A stretch of DNA of 60,885 nt from a virus (lineage: Duplodnaviria > Caudoviricetes). This document shows positions 9,323 through 19,265 of the stretch, piece by piece (positions within the stretch are counted from its first letter, which is position 1; each line of letters begins with the position of its first letter). Location: the IMG/VR virus record IMGVR_UViG_3300048591_000686, positions 1 to 60,885 of that record. The stretch is one strand, 5' to 3'. Below the pieces are notes generated by a model. The model saw nothing but the letters and a program-made list of their open reading frames with translations, did not search any database and was not told where the DNA came from. Position numbers and translations under genes: made by a program.

Positions 9323-9614
9323 CACGCTTCGGCTCCATTTGCCGGCGCTGCGCTTCACGGTGCGCCTTCCACATGCGCCATAGCGATTCCAGCACAATCG
9401 GCAGTCCCGTCGCCCCAAAAAACAACGCGGCCATCCGCGCCGCGTGCTGGTCAACAATAGCTATGCAGACAATGGTCAGCCCTACGCCGACCACTACCGT
9501 CAGCCACGTCAACTCCTGGCGCAGCCACAGGCCAAAGTCGGTCATGGCAAGAAATGCCGCGTACAGACCGGAAAGTAACAATGCCAGGACTAAAGCCAGG
9601 TTAAGCGTTATCAT
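9315..9614 (-). CDS. Three-TM membrane protein
   Basis: Three hydrophobic segments and a basic C-terminal tail. Confidence 0.7.
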   Translation of the reverse strand: MITLNLALVLALLLSGLYAAFLAMTDFGLWLRQELTWLTVVVGVGLTIVCIAIVDQHAARMAALFFGATGLPIVLESLWRMWKAHREAQRRQMEPKRGE

Positions 9615-9773
9615 AGGCAGATTTTTTGCAGATTTTGCGCCATCGGGCGCAAGGTGGTTTACAATGGGGCCATGACACCTACCGCGCCGATGACGCCGCC
9701 GCAGATGTCGCCGCCTCACCAATCGCCGCAGGTCCGTTCCGAGCGCCGGAGGATTCGCCCCCTCCGGCGCACT

Positions 9774-10043
9774 CTATTTTCCCGTCAACCCAGGAGCCAC
9801 AGCATGAGCCAACGCAGCCGCCGCATCCTGCCCTGCCGCCACACTGCTCCGCACCGCCAGTCCCGCGCCCTGCCGCGCCAGCAGCCGGTCCGCCGCCGGC
9901 AGCGCACGACACGCGAACGCGCTCAAATCGCCGCGCACCGTCACCCGCACCGGCACTACCTGGCCCGGCACGTCGTGCACCGCCACCAGACGCAGCCCAT
10001 CGGCGTGCCCGGCGTGGTCATCATCTGGGCGTGAACCGGTCAC
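9774..10043 (-). CDS. Hypothetical protein
   Basis: GTGA overlap with the RHH gene stop. Confidence 0.4.
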   Translation of the reverse strand: MTGSRPDDDHAGHADGLRLVAVHDVPGQVVPVRVTVRGDLSAFACRALPAADRLLARQGAGLAVRSSVAAGQDAAAALAHAVAPGLTGK

Positions 10044-10240
10044 GGCTGCACCGCCGTGCGCTCTTTGCCCGCTTGACCATTACGCCCGGCGCCGCCCGGC
10101 TGTGTGGCAGAGTTCTTAACCAACGCATCCCGCAGCGATGTTTCAGCCTCAGCGGCGATACTGGTGCGCTTCAAAAATGCTAATTCGCGTAGCATTTCGT
10201 GTAAATCTTCGGGAATCCAAATCAACTTTTTGGTTGCCAT
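10040..10240 (-). CDS. Ribbon-helix-helix (Arc/CopG-like) regulator in Cro position
   Basis: KKLIWIPEDLHEMLRELAFLKRTSIAAEAETSLRDAL; divergent from the repressor. Confidence 0.8.
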   Translation of the reverse strand: MATKKLIWIPEDLHEMLRELAFLKRTSIAAEAETSLRDALVKNSATQPGGAGRNGQAGKERTAVQP

Positions 10241-10290
10241 GTAATCTCCCCCTCTCAACCCTCAGAGTGCTTTGTAAATCGCTAGATTCA

Positions 10291-10320
10291 ATTATAGCCC
10301 TAAATAGCTATAGATGTCAA
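10291..10320 (-). promoter_or_regulatory. Consensus leftward early promoter
   Basis: TTGACA-18 nt-TATAAT on the minus strand. Confidence 0.85.
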
Positions 10321-10395
10321 CAGGATAATTAATCAATGGATATACATTGCGATCAGGTGGTTAAATGGCGCGGGGGAGAGATTTACACTGAGGGT

Positions 10396-10893
10396 ATGCC
10401 AGAGCTGAAGACGTTTGGGGAACGCGTCGCGTTTCTTTTGAAGCGCCGCCGTATGGCGGATCAGGATATGTCCTCGCAAAAGGAACTCGCCGCCGCGATG
10501 GGGGTATCGCCGCAGTTCCTGAACGCGCTGCTGAATGGCCGCCGCAGACCCAACGTAGAGCACTTGATCAGCGCTGCGGCGGCACTGGAAACATCGGTGT
10601 CGTTTTTAGCGCTGACCAGCAACGATCCATCGCCGGAGGCCGTGGCATCCGATCCGAATAGCTACATGTCCGATGAGGCTGATGAGGCAGCGCAACTGGT
10701 GGACAGCATGTCGGCGGAACTGCGAGGCATTGCGCTGGATGTGCTGCGCGTGCTGGCCATGCACGACACCGAGGGCGAGGGCGAAGGCGCCCCGGCCCCC
10801 GGCACCGGCGGACGATTAATTCTTGGAAAACTCGTCTCTAACCTGAAAAAGAGTACTGAACGAGGTAGGGTCCCAGGTTCGCCGCTCAAATGA
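10396..10893 (+). CDS. XRE-family HTH repressor (CI-like)
   Basis: FGERVAFLL..SQKELAAAMGVSPQFLNALLNGRRRPNVEHLISAAAALETSVSFL; no S24 peptidase domain seen. Confidence 0.88.
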   Translation: MPELKTFGERVAFLLKRRRMADQDMSSQKELAAAMGVSPQFLNALLNGRRRPNVEHLISAAAALETSVSFLALTSNDPSPEAVASDPNSYMSDEADEAAQLVDSMSAELRGIALDVLRVLAMHDTEGEGEGAPAPGTGGRLILGKLVSNLKKSTERGRVPGSPLK

Positions 10894-11201
10894 TTGTGCG
10901 TACTGGATGGTGAGATAGACGACGTTTGCCATTACCATATCGAGCGCATGGCCTTCAGCGCGGGCGCGTTCGTCGTCATTATTCGGTTGTTGCTGATGCG
11001 GCGTAGGTCGCATGGCGGGGCGAAACCTTTCTATAAACGGGGTCGGGGGGAATGGGAAGCTCACTATCGTGCCACTTTAACAGAACCTGAACACGGTTGT
11101 TATGATACATACGATTTGCCTACGCTGTCACCATCCCTATGACCAGGATACAGGACGCGCCATCCTGACAATTACCTTGCAGCCCCGCAGGAACTCCCAT
11201 C

Positions 11202-12698
11202 GTGCCCGGTAAAACTTTTCTCATCTGGCGCGCCGTCTCCAGCAAAGAGCAGGCAGAGAAAGTCAGCCCTGAACTCCAGGAGCAGATGGCGCGCGACCAC
11301 GTCGCCAAATGGGGTGGCACGGTGCTGGACGTGCTGGACGTGGCTGAGAGCCGCGACATCGTATTGCTCAGTGACGCTGAGGCGACGATCCCCGCCTACG
11401 CCAGGCTGCACGACTATATCCAGCGTCGCGCGTTTGACGTGCTCATCTGCTACGACCTGGGCCGCCTGGGCCGCGCCTACCCCCTCGCCACCGCCATCGT
11501 CGAACTGTGCCGGCGCGCGTCCATCCTCATTTACGAACTGGACAACCCGCCCGCCGACCTGGAGCCGCGCGGCACCTATGACGAAATTCTGATTCGCGGC
11601 ATCAAAGCCATGGGCTACCAGCACGAGACGATGAAAACGCGCGAGCGGATGCGCTACGGGCGCGAGGGCCGCGCCAAGGGCGGCAGCCTGCCCGCGACGC
11701 CCCCTTACGGCTACCGCTGGCAGTACCACGCCGGCGGCGAACGCACGGTGGAGATCGACCCCGAGGCGGCGGCCGTCGTCCGCGACATCGCCGCCCGCTA
11801 CCTCGCAGGCAGCGGCGTGGCAGGCATCGCGATGGACCTCACCGCCCGCGGCATACCCACCCCCAGCGGCGGCGCCACATGGCTAAAAAACTCCGTCGCG
11901 CGCATCCTGGAACGCGCGTGGACCTATGCCGGGTACGCGGAGTTCTATCGCCAGCGGCGCACCGGCTACATCCGCGCCCGCGGGGTGTGGGAGCCACTGT
12001 GGGATGAGGCCACCGCGGAACGCATCGAAGCCGAGCGCGCCGCCCGCGCCGCCAACCGCCGCATCAGCAACACGCCCAGCCGCCTCACCGGCATCGTGCG
12101 CTGCGTCGATTGCGGCCGGAGCATGTGGCAGGTGCTCAACGAGGGCGGCCAAATCCGCGACCGCCGCGGCGAGCACGCCACCGTGCCCCGCCGCGCCAAA
12201 TTCTACTGTCAGCCCTACCACGCGGGCGGCAGCGTATCCACCCGGCGCGTGCTGGCGGCGCTGGCGGCGGCGCTTGACGATTTGGCCCACGCCGACCTGA
12301 GCAGCATCCCCGACGACGATGCCGACCGCGCCGCCCAGCTCGCCGCGCAGCTCGCCGCCCATGATGCCGCCATCGCCCGCCACGCCGCCGCACTGCGCCG
12401 CGCCGACGATGCCTATGTGGGCGGTGTGATGGACATCGACCGCTACAAAGCGCAGGTGGAACGGCTGCGCGCCGCCATCGAAGCGGAGCAAAGCGCCCGC
12501 ACCGCAGCCGAGGCCGCCGCCGCCGCCAACGCCCAGCGCGGCAGCCGGGCAGACATGTTGCGCCGCATCGCCGCGCAAGGCCCGGCTATGCTCATCACCG
12601 AGAACACCGCCGCGGCCAACGTGTGGCTGCGCCAACACGTGCGCGCCTACGTCCAGGGGAACGCCGTGGTCGAGGTCCGCTTCGACTACTATACATAG
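11202..12698 (+). CDS. int: Large serine integrase
   Basis: RAVSSKEQ catalytic Ser, YDLGRLGR, PPYGY, recombinase domain, CVDCG Zn ribbon and coiled coil. Confidence 0.93.
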   Translation: MPGKTFLIWRAVSSKEQAEKVSPELQEQMARDHVAKWGGTVLDVLDVAESRDIVLLSDAEATIPAYARLHDYIQRRAFDVLICYDLGRLGRAYPLATAIVELCRRASILIYELDNPPADLEPRGTYDEILIRGIKAMGYQHETMKTRERMRYGREGRAKGGSLPATPPYGYRWQYHAGGERTVEIDPEAAAVVRDIAARYLAGSGVAGIAMDLTARGIPTPSGGATWLKNSVARILERAWTYAGYAEFYRQRRTGYIRARGVWEPLWDEATAERIEAERAARAANRRISNTPSRLTGIVRCVDCGRSMWQVLNEGGQIRDRRGEHATVPRRAKFYCQPYHAGGSVSTRRVLAALAAALDDLAHADLSSIPDDDADRAAQLAAQLAAHDAAIARHAAALRRADDAYVGGVMDIDRYKAQVERLRAAIEAEQSARTAAEAAAAANAQRGSRADMLRRIAAQGPAMLITENTAAANVWLRQHVRAYVQGNAVVEVRFDYYT

Positions 12699-12735
12699 TG
12701 GTAATGGTCTAACTACAGCATCTGACCACTGTAGG
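12690..12735. other. Candidate attP site
   Basis: Imperfect inverted repeat (CATAGTGGT...ACCACTGTA) overlapping the 3' end of the integrase. Confidence 0.4.
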
Positions 12736-12765
12736 CGCAACATAATCGCATAGCCCACCCCACCC

Positions 12766-12797
12766 GCCCCGCCCTGCTGACACGGCGGGGCTTTTTG
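12766..12797 (+). terminator. Intrinsic terminator after integrase
   Basis: GCCCCGCC-ctgctgacac-GGCGGGGC followed by TTTTTG. Confidence 0.8.
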
Positions 12798-12842
12798 TTG
12801 CCCATCTTTGTAAATCTATTGATGCATTTTCTAAATTGATGC

Positions 12843-12872
12843 TTGACATTTTTATATCTATAGGTTTATAAT
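12843..12872 (+). promoter_or_regulatory. Consensus rightward early promoter
   Basis: TTGACA-18 nt-TATAAT. Confidence 0.85.
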
Positions 12873-12965
12873 GTGGATGTAGGTTGATTTGCCAACACGC
12901 AAACGCCCCGCAGGTGTCTCACCACCTCGGGGCACGGTCCACAAGACAAGGACAAGGGAAACCTC

Positions 12966-13334
12966 ATGGACACCAACAGTTTACCACAAACCCGCTACGA
13001 ATTGAAGTTTTTCGCCGGCGAACCCCGCGCCCCGTGGTATGGCGTGCGGGTGGAAGGCCACACCTGCGAGCGTGTGACCTTCGGTTTCCGCGAGCCCATC
13101 GCCGCCGCCGAGGAGGTCATGGACGCGGCCCGCAGCGAGGGCCTGCCCGTCGTGATGCCCCAGCACCTCAAGGAATCGCTCATCGCCGAGTGGCAGCAGC
13201 GGGGCATCAACCTTTATCACCGGGGCATCGGGCGGGAGTGGTGCGGGAACAACTACATCGCCAACGGCTGGGACGTGGCCCACGCCGCGGATTTCGAGCC
13301 GTACCGCAGCCGGGCGATGCTGGTCGCAGCGTAA
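12966..13334 (+). CDS. Hypothetical protein
   Basis: First ORF after the promoter; AAGGGA SD. Confidence 0.75.
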   Translation: MDTNSLPQTRYELKFFAGEPRAPWYGVRVEGHTCERVTFGFREPIAAAEEVMDAARSEGLPVVMPQHLKESLIAEWQQRGINLYHRGIGREWCGNNYIANGWDVAHAADFEPYRSRAMLVAA

Positions 13335-13391
13335 CTAATCCATCGTTCGCCGGGGGCTGCGCATCCACCCAACACGCAGGAAAGGCACCAC

Positions 13392-13886
13392 ATGCAGAAA
13401 CAGTTGATCGAGACCTACACCGACCTGATGACCAAGCTGGCGCAATTGCCGGCCGCCATCGAGCAGGTGCAGATCGAACTCACCGCCGCCAAGCTCGACT
13501 TGGAGCGCGATGAGAAGTCGGCGAAGGAAATCGAAGCCACCACGCGCGGCGAGGGCAAGAACGACGATGAGCGCAAGGCGGCCAAGCTGGTAGCACTCAA
13601 GGCTGATGCGGTTTACGTTCGGTTCGCCAAGGCCGTCGAAGCGGGCCGCCGCGACGTGGCAGTGCTGGGCGACCAGGTGGAGAGCCTGACCCGGCAGTAC
13701 GGCGCCGTCACCTACCAGGCCAAGCTGCACGCGGCAATGCTGGAAATGGTCACGGGCGCGGGTCTGACCGGGCAGGACGTCAACTTTTACACCCCGGCGC
13801 AACTGGCCGCCACCGTCCCGGCCACCTACGCACACGTCAACGGCGGCACCGCAACGGCTGCCGACGCCGCAGACCTGGGCCTGTAG
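13392..13886 (+). CDS. Coiled-coil hypothetical protein
   Basis: SD AGGAAAGG; long helical heptads. Confidence 0.8.
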   Translation: MQKQLIETYTDLMTKLAQLPAAIEQVQIELTAAKLDLERDEKSAKEIEATTRGEGKNDDERKAAKLVALKADAVYVRFAKAVEAGRRDVAVLGDQVESLTRQYGAVTYQAKLHAAMLEMVTGAGLTGQDVNFYTPAQLAATVPATYAHVNGGTATAADAADLGL

Positions 13887-13954
13887 TCGAGTACATCGGA
13901 CACCACTGTTCAACGAACATTCAACAACGTTTTAAGCCCGCAGGGAGGCATACC

Positions 13955-14905
13955 ATGAGCGAATTGCTCAATCAGGACGCAGGACAAGATTTTGACCCCG
14001 ACGCCATCGACAGCATCGACCAGTCCACGGTCGAGGGCGGCGGCCCCAGTTTCCCGCTGATCCAGTGGGTCCTGGGCGATCTCAAAGCCAAAAAGTACCC
14101 GACGTCGATGGAGTACCTGGGCGGCCTGTTCGTCAAGGCCGAGCGCGTCGACGCGGCCACGATGGAGGCGGCGGGCTGGACCCGCACCAACCGCACGTTT
14201 GAGAACGGCGGCGAGGAAGAGGGTTTTTGGAAGCGCGAGGCGGCCATCAGCATCATCGCCGAGCGCAAGCGGTGGGAGGTCAACCAGGACGGCAACCGGC
14301 AGGCGTTCCCCTGGGACAAGTTCGACGCTGCCAAGGCCGCGGGCAAGGCCACCGGCCGCACCCAGTACCTCGTGCTGGTCAAGGGTTTGGAAGCTGCCGG
14401 CCCCTTCGTTCTCACCATGAAGGGCGCAGCGGGCGCGGCGTTCGAGTCGTTCCGCGACGCGAACAGCGTCATTTCCCGCTTCGCCAACACCGTGATCGCC
14501 GCCGCCAACGCCGCGAGCGACGCGGCCGCCAAGAAGGCGGGCAAGTCCGCCGGCAAGCGCTGGGCCTACCGTGCGTTCTGGCTGCCGGTGGGCGCGGCCC
14601 GCGACGATAAGGGCAACCCGGTTTACAAGGAGGTGGGCAAGGCGCCAAACACGACCAACGTCGTGCTGCCCGTCGCCCTGGGCCTGCCCGAAAAGGCGGC
14701 ACAGGTGGAACTCAAGCGGTTCTACGTCGGCAACGATTTGCTGACCACCGTTAATGAGTTGTTTGAGCAGAGCGCAGACTGGCGCGCCGCCTGGGCCAAC
14801 ATCGCGCCGGGCAGCGCCACCGACGCCGGGAGCAACGGCGCAGCCGAAGCCGCCGCCGCCGCCAACGAAGCGGAGTCCGCCGCCCTCGCCGCGGCCGGGC
14901 TCTGA
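13955..14905 (+). CDS. Hypothetical protein, possibly ssDNA-binding/recombination (positional)
   Basis: GGAGG SD; strong GC3 bias; lies upstream of the helicase. Confidence 0.6.
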   Translation: MSELLNQDAGQDFDPDAIDSIDQSTVEGGGPSFPLIQWVLGDLKAKKYPTSMEYLGGLFVKAERVDAATMEAAGWTRTNRTFENGGEEEGFWKREAAISIIAERKRWEVNQDGNRQAFPWDKFDAAKAAGKATGRTQYLVLVKGLEAAGPFVLTMKGAAGAAFESFRDANSVISRFANTVIAAANAASDAAAKKAGKSAGKRWAYRAFWLPVGAARDDKGNPVYKEVGKAPNTTNVVLPVALGLPEKAAQVELKRFYVGNDLLTTVNELFEQSADWRAAWANIAPGSATDAGSNGAAEAAAAANEAESAALAAAGL

Positions 14906-14973
14906 TACCAGTCAACCGAATAACGGGGGCGGCGGGTGACGACGCCGCCCCCAGCTTTCACAAGGGCCCAACT

Positions 14974-17900
14974 ATGCCTGACTACAAAACCCTGATGATC
15001 GACCTCTGGCAGAGCGCCTGCCAGGACAAGCCCAAGCGACCCAGCGCGCAGGTGCTGGATGGTTATTTCGTGCTGACCATCAACGGCAACCGCGGCGCAT
15101 GGGCCGACATTGTGCAGGCGGCGGGGGTGCCGGCGCACGCCACGCAGGTTATCGAGGGCGACACGCTGACCGCCCGCTGGCCCAGCGTCGGCGATGCAAT
15201 CTTTGGGCCGGGCGGCGACATCGCCCAGCGGCTGCCGGGCTACGAGTGCCGCGCGCCGCAATTGCACATGGCGCGCCTGATTCAGCGCAGCATCGAAATG
15301 GGCACGCCGGCAGTGGTCGAGGCGGGCACTGGAACCGGCAAGTGCCTGCACCCCGACACTTTGATTTCTATGTCTGACGGTACGCTGCGGCGCATTGCAG
15401 ATCTGGTAGGGCAGCATCCAAATGTCGTGAGTCTTGGGTCTGGCTTGCTTCTTTCTCATGGTAGCGTGGCCCGCTGCTGGGCAAGTGGTGAGAAGCAAAC
15501 TTACCGCATGGTCACGCGACTTGGTCGCGAAATCAAGGCGAGTCAAGATCATCGCTTTCTGACGGTTACTGGATGGAAGCGATTGGAAGAATTAGTGCCA
15601 GGGGATCGCATTGCGTCACCGCGTCGACTACCAGCGCCGGTACAGTCATGCTCTATGCCCGAACATGAGATTGTGTTTTTGGCACACATGATTACTGACG
15701 GCACATGCAGTGCCGCTGGCTATAGGGGAGCCGTAACCTATACCAAAAGCGATTCTGCATTAGTGGAAGATGTGCGAATAGCTGCAAATGCGATGGGATG
15801 CACCCTCGTTCGTCGCGGCAAGTACGGTTACGGAATTTGTCGCCAAAAGCAGGGCAGAAGCGGGCGCAACGTCGCCATCCTTTTGCTGGAACAGCACGGA
15901 TTAACAGCAAAGGATTCCTACGGAAAATTCGTGCCGGACGCCATCTTCCGATTGCCTGACCGCGAACTGGCATTGTTTTTGGGACGGCTATTCAGTGGTG
16001 ACGGCAGCGTAGATGCAGATCGCAGTGTTGTCGAGTACAGCACTGTGTCGCGGCGCTTGGCAGAGCAAGTGCAGCACCTACTGTTGCGCTTTGGCATAGT
16101 AGCATCGCTTTCGCTAAAAAACGGCCGTTACCTGGGGCAACGGCATGTATCGTGGCGGTTGACGGTTTCCGGCAAGCAAAACGTCGAAGCATTCAACGAG
16201 CATTTGGGGCCGTTCGTTGTTGGCGACAAGGCCAAGCGCTTGATGGCTGCTACGCGCCGACTGATGCGCACCAAGAGCAATCCGAATTACGACGTCATTC
16301 CGCGCGAGATCATGCCCGCAGTTATGGATGCACTGACTGCTACAGGTCTCAATGATGCCGCTTTGCGCCGGGAAGGAATTCGGATTCGGCTTGGGCACAA
16401 AGGTATTTCGCGGCGCAACATGCGAACTATCGGGACTATCACCAACAGTCCGCTCTTGGCTTGCTTGTCGCGTTCGGACATCTACTGGGACGAAATCATC
16501 GCTATAGAGCCTGCGGAGTTTACTCAGACGTATGACATTGAAATGGTAGGCGAACCGAACTTTGTAGCAGATGATTTCATCGTTCACAACAGTTACAGTT
16601 ACGCCGCAGTGTGCATGGCGATGAATAAGAAAGTCATCATCAGCACGTCCAACAAGGCGTTGCAGATGCAGCTCATCGACAAGGACCTGCCATTTCTCCA
16701 ACGCATCTGGCCGGACAAGCGCGTCGCGGTGTCAGTGGGTAAGGGCAACTATGCGTGCCGCCTCAAATGCGACCACATGGGGGAGAGCGGCGCCAACATC
16801 GCCGACCCCGACCTATACGACTGGTACGCCAACACCGCGACGGGCAACACCGAAGAAATCCTGTTTGCGGTCGATTTCAAGGCGTTGAAACCCATCACCG
16901 TTGACGATGATTGCGCCGGCCGCCACTGCCCGCTGTACGCGGATTGTTTTTATTACCGGGCCCGCGCCGCGCTGCAAGGCGCTGACGTGGTAGTCACCAA
17001 CCATGCGCTGCTCTGTCTCGACCAGGTGGCGGAGGGCAACATACTACCGCCTGCCGACGTGGTGGTGGTGGACGAAGCGCACAAGCTGGCCGACTACATG
17101 CGCAGCGCCAGGGGGTGCGAGATCAGCGTGCCGCAGGTGCTGCGGGCCATCGGTCTGGCGGAGGGGTACGCTGACCCGGACAAAGTATCCGACGCGGAGG
17201 ATGCGCTGCTGCTCCTGGAACGGGGCATCGCCGTCCACACCAACAACACCGACGATGCGCAGGTGTCCATCGGCAAGGACGAGCCGCTGCAAGGCGCGGA
17301 CACCCTGGCGCTGCAACTGCTGGCGCTAGCGGAGGATGTGCGGCCAGAGGATGAACTGCCTGCCGACGCTGACGAGAAGAAGCTCGCGCGCAAGGCGCAG
17401 CGTATCTGCACCATGGCCGGCAAACTGGCGATGATGTCCGGTCCCACGCGCGACGGCTACGTGCGCTGGATCGACCAGGGGCGCGGCGGCGAACCCGCCA
17501 AGCTGTGCTCGCAGCCGTTCGACGTAAGCCACTGGATCGCCCAGCTCGCCGGCGTCAATGCGCAGCCTGCGGCAGTGCAGCCCGATTACACCCGCTGCGA
17601 ACGCTGCCGCCGCACCCTGACCGCAGAGAAGGTCGCCATCCTGGACCGCAAACCCTACGGCCCCGATTGCATTCACCATGTGGACGTTTTCGGCGATGCG
17701 GAGACGGTCAATCTTGCAGAGTGGCTGGCCCTGGACCGCAGCGAAACGCCGCTGCTGACCTACAGCGCCAAGGCCACCATCTTCTGCTCCGCCACTCTCG
17801 CCGCGCCCGACATGGCCCATTTCCTGCGCACTGCGGGCCTGCCGCAGGCGCTGCAAATGCAGGCGGCAAGCCCCTTCGACTACGCCGCCAACGCGCTGCT

Positions 17901-18675
17901 CTACCTGCCCAGCGGCGCGGCCCCCGCCCCCAACGCGCAGGGGTGGCTGGCCTGGGCAGTGGATGAGATGCGCCAGTTGGTGCTGGCTGCGAACGGCGGC
18001 GCGTTCCTCCTGTTCACGTCCTACAGCGCCATGAACACCGCGGTGCAGACGCTGGCCCGCACCTTCACCGCCCGCGGCCTCACCGTGCTGGTGCAGGGCG
18101 AGATGCCCAAAGCCGAAATCGCCAAGCGCTTCAAGGCCGACGGGTCCGCGGTGCTCTTTGCGACCAAGAGCTTTTTCGAGGGCGTCTCAATCGACGGCGC
18201 GGCGCTGCGGTTGGTGGTGGTGGACAAGATGCCGTTCGAGGCGCCAACCCCGCTCACTCAGGCAATGGAGGCCGACCTGCTCGACAAGGCGCGGGCGGCG
18301 GGCCTGACCGGTAAGACGCTGGAGATGTACCCGTTCAACGCGCTGCGGGTGCCGCGCATGATTATCGAGTTGAAGCAGGGGCTGGGCCGCCTCATCAGGA
18401 CGCAGACGGACCAGGGCGTCATGGCAGTGCTCGACAGCCGCATCCGCAGCGCACAGTACGGGCGCAGCGCCGTGATCCCCAGTTTGCCGCCCGCGGCCCT
18501 GTGCAGCCGCATCGAACTGGTACAGGCGTTCTACGGCACACTGCCGCCGCTGCCCGCCAAGCTCCTGGCCCCGCCCGCCGAAGTGCGCGAGGAAAAGGCC
18601 GCGACCAAGGCAAAGCGCGCCGCGGCGGTAATGCCCAACTACATTGCCCTCAGCGGCGAAGAAATTCCGTTCTAA
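14974..18675 (+). CDS. DinG/YoaA-family Fe-S SF2 helicase containing a LAGLIDADG intein
   Basis: EAGTGTGK|C..HN|S Walker A, Cys cluster (CRLKC, CAGRHC, CFY), VVDEAH, SATL, LFTSY, FFEGVS, QGLGRLIR. Confidence 0.92.
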   Translation: MPDYKTLMIDLWQSACQDKPKRPSAQVLDGYFVLTINGNRGAWADIVQAAGVPAHATQVIEGDTLTARWPSVGDAIFGPGGDIAQRLPGYECRAPQLHMARLIQRSIEMGTPAVVEAGTGTGKCLHPDTLISMSDGTLRRIADLVGQHPNVVSLGSGLLLSHGSVARCWASGEKQTYRMVTRLGREIKASQDHRFLTVTGWKRLEELVPGDRIASPRRLPAPVQSCSMPEHEIVFLAHMITDGTCSAAGYRGAVTYTKSDSALVEDVRIAANAMGCTLVRRGKYGYGICRQKQGRSGRNVAILLLEQHGLTAKDSYGKFVPDAIFRLPDRELALFLGRLFSGDGSVDADRSVVEYSTVSRRLAEQVQHLLLRFGIVASLSLKNGRYLGQRHVSWRLTVSGKQNVEAFNEHLGPFVVGDKAKRLMAATRRLMRTKSNPNYDVIPREIMPAVMDALTATGLNDAALRREGIRIRLGHKGISRRNMRTIGTITNSPLLACLSRSDIYWDEIIAIEPAEFTQTYDIEMVGEPNFVADDFIVHNSYSYAAVCMAMNKKVIISTSNKALQMQLIDKDLPFLQRIWPDKRVAVSVGKGNYACRLKCDHMGESGANIADPDLYDWYANTATGNTEEILFAVDFKALKPITVDDDCAGRHCPLYADCFYYRARAALQGADVVVTNHALLCLDQVAEGNILPPADVVVVDEAHKLADYMRSARGCEISVPQVLRAIGLAEGYADPDKVSDAEDALLLLERGIAVHTNNTDDAQVSIGKDEPLQGADTLALQLLALAEDVRPEDELPADADEKKLARKAQRICTMAGKLAMMSGPTRDGYVRWIDQGRGGEPAKLCSQPFDVSHWIAQLAGVNAQPAAVQPDYTRCERCRRTLTAEKVAILDRKPYGPDCIHHVDVFGDAETVNLAEWLALDRSETPLLTYSAKATIFCSATLAAPDMAHFLRTAGLPQALQMQAASPFDYAANALLYLPSGAAPAPNAQGWLAWAVDEMRQLVLAANGGAFLLFTSYSAMNTAVQTLARTFTARGLTVLVQGEMPKAEIAKRFKADGSAVLFATKSFFEGVSIDGAALRLVVVDKMPFEAPTPLTQAMEADLLDKARAAGLTGKTLEMYPFNALRVPRMIIELKQGLGRLIRTQTDQGVMAVLDSRIRSAQYGRSAVIPSLPPAALCSRIELVQAFYGTLPPLPAKLLAPPAEVREEKAATKAKRAAAVMPNYIALSGEEIPF
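15343..16590 (+). mobile_element. Intein (416 aa) with in-frame LAGLIDADG endonuclease
   Basis: Starts CLHPDT; block B ASQDHRF; FLAHMITDG and FLGRLFSGDG motifs; ends TYDIEM..NFVADDFIVHN/S; visibly lower GC. Confidence 0.93.
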
Positions 18676-18692
18676 CGAAAGGACAAACAACC

Positions 18693-19157
18693 ATGACATA
18701 CGCAACAATCAGTCGTATCGCACAGATGCTCATCGACAGCCCCGACGTGCCCGTGGCAGAGCGCGATGCGCAGGACTTCCCCAACCCCGACGCCGTGGCG
18801 GATGGCGTTGGCTTTGCGCTGGATTTGCTGACGAACGCGCGCAATGACCAGCGGTCAGCGATCACGGCTCTGTGCGCCGCCAACGAGTGTAACGACAAGC
18901 TGACCGAAGAGGTGGCGAACCTGGAACACCGCTTGTCCTTGCTCAACACCGCCTGGACGGCGGACTGCGACGAGTTCAGGCGGGTGCGGGCAGAGTTGAA
19001 CGAGGCGAGCCAGCGGATTACCCAGTTGGAGAGCGATGTGCGGGCGGCGAAGCGCAAAGAGGCCGAGTGGTACGACGTGTCGCAGCGCTGGCAGGCACGC
19101 TACGAGGGGATGCGTGAGGCGTTGGGCATCGTGTTGGCAGCGAAAGGCGGGGCGTGA
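18693..19157 (+). CDS. Coiled-coil hypothetical protein
   Basis: AAAGGA SD, ATG 18693. Confidence 0.75.
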   Translation: MTYATISRIAQMLIDSPDVPVAERDAQDFPNPDAVADGVGFALDLLTNARNDQRSAITALCAANECNDKLTEEVANLEHRLSLLNTAWTADCDEFRRVRAELNEASQRITQLESDVRAAKRKEAEWYDVSQRWQARYEGMREALGIVLAAKGGA

Positions 19158-19264
19158 TGGAACTTATCTTAGGTGGCTTCATTCTGTTCCTGGTGCTGTT
19201 CCTTTCCGGCGCACTGCGCGTGTCTGGTGACACCGACGACCGGAACGGGCATGGTGAGGGATGA
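19157..19264 (+). CDS. Small single-TM peptide
   Basis: TGATG overlap; MELILGGFILFLVLFLSGALRV.. Confidence 0.5.
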   Translation: MELILGGFILFLVLFLSGALRVSGDTDDRNGHGEG

Positions 19265-19265
19265 C

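Noticed and set aside
9654-10034. Arg/His-rich plus-strand ORF after TACAAT
   Set aside because: Low complexity and antisense to the early operon; cannot be supported, though an antisense transcript is not excluded.
10894-11142. ORF between repressor and integrase as an ImmA-like antirepressor protease
   Set aside because: No HExxH motif and a weak start.
14974-18675. DinG as part of a type IV CRISPR system
   Set aside because: No csf/cas genes or array.
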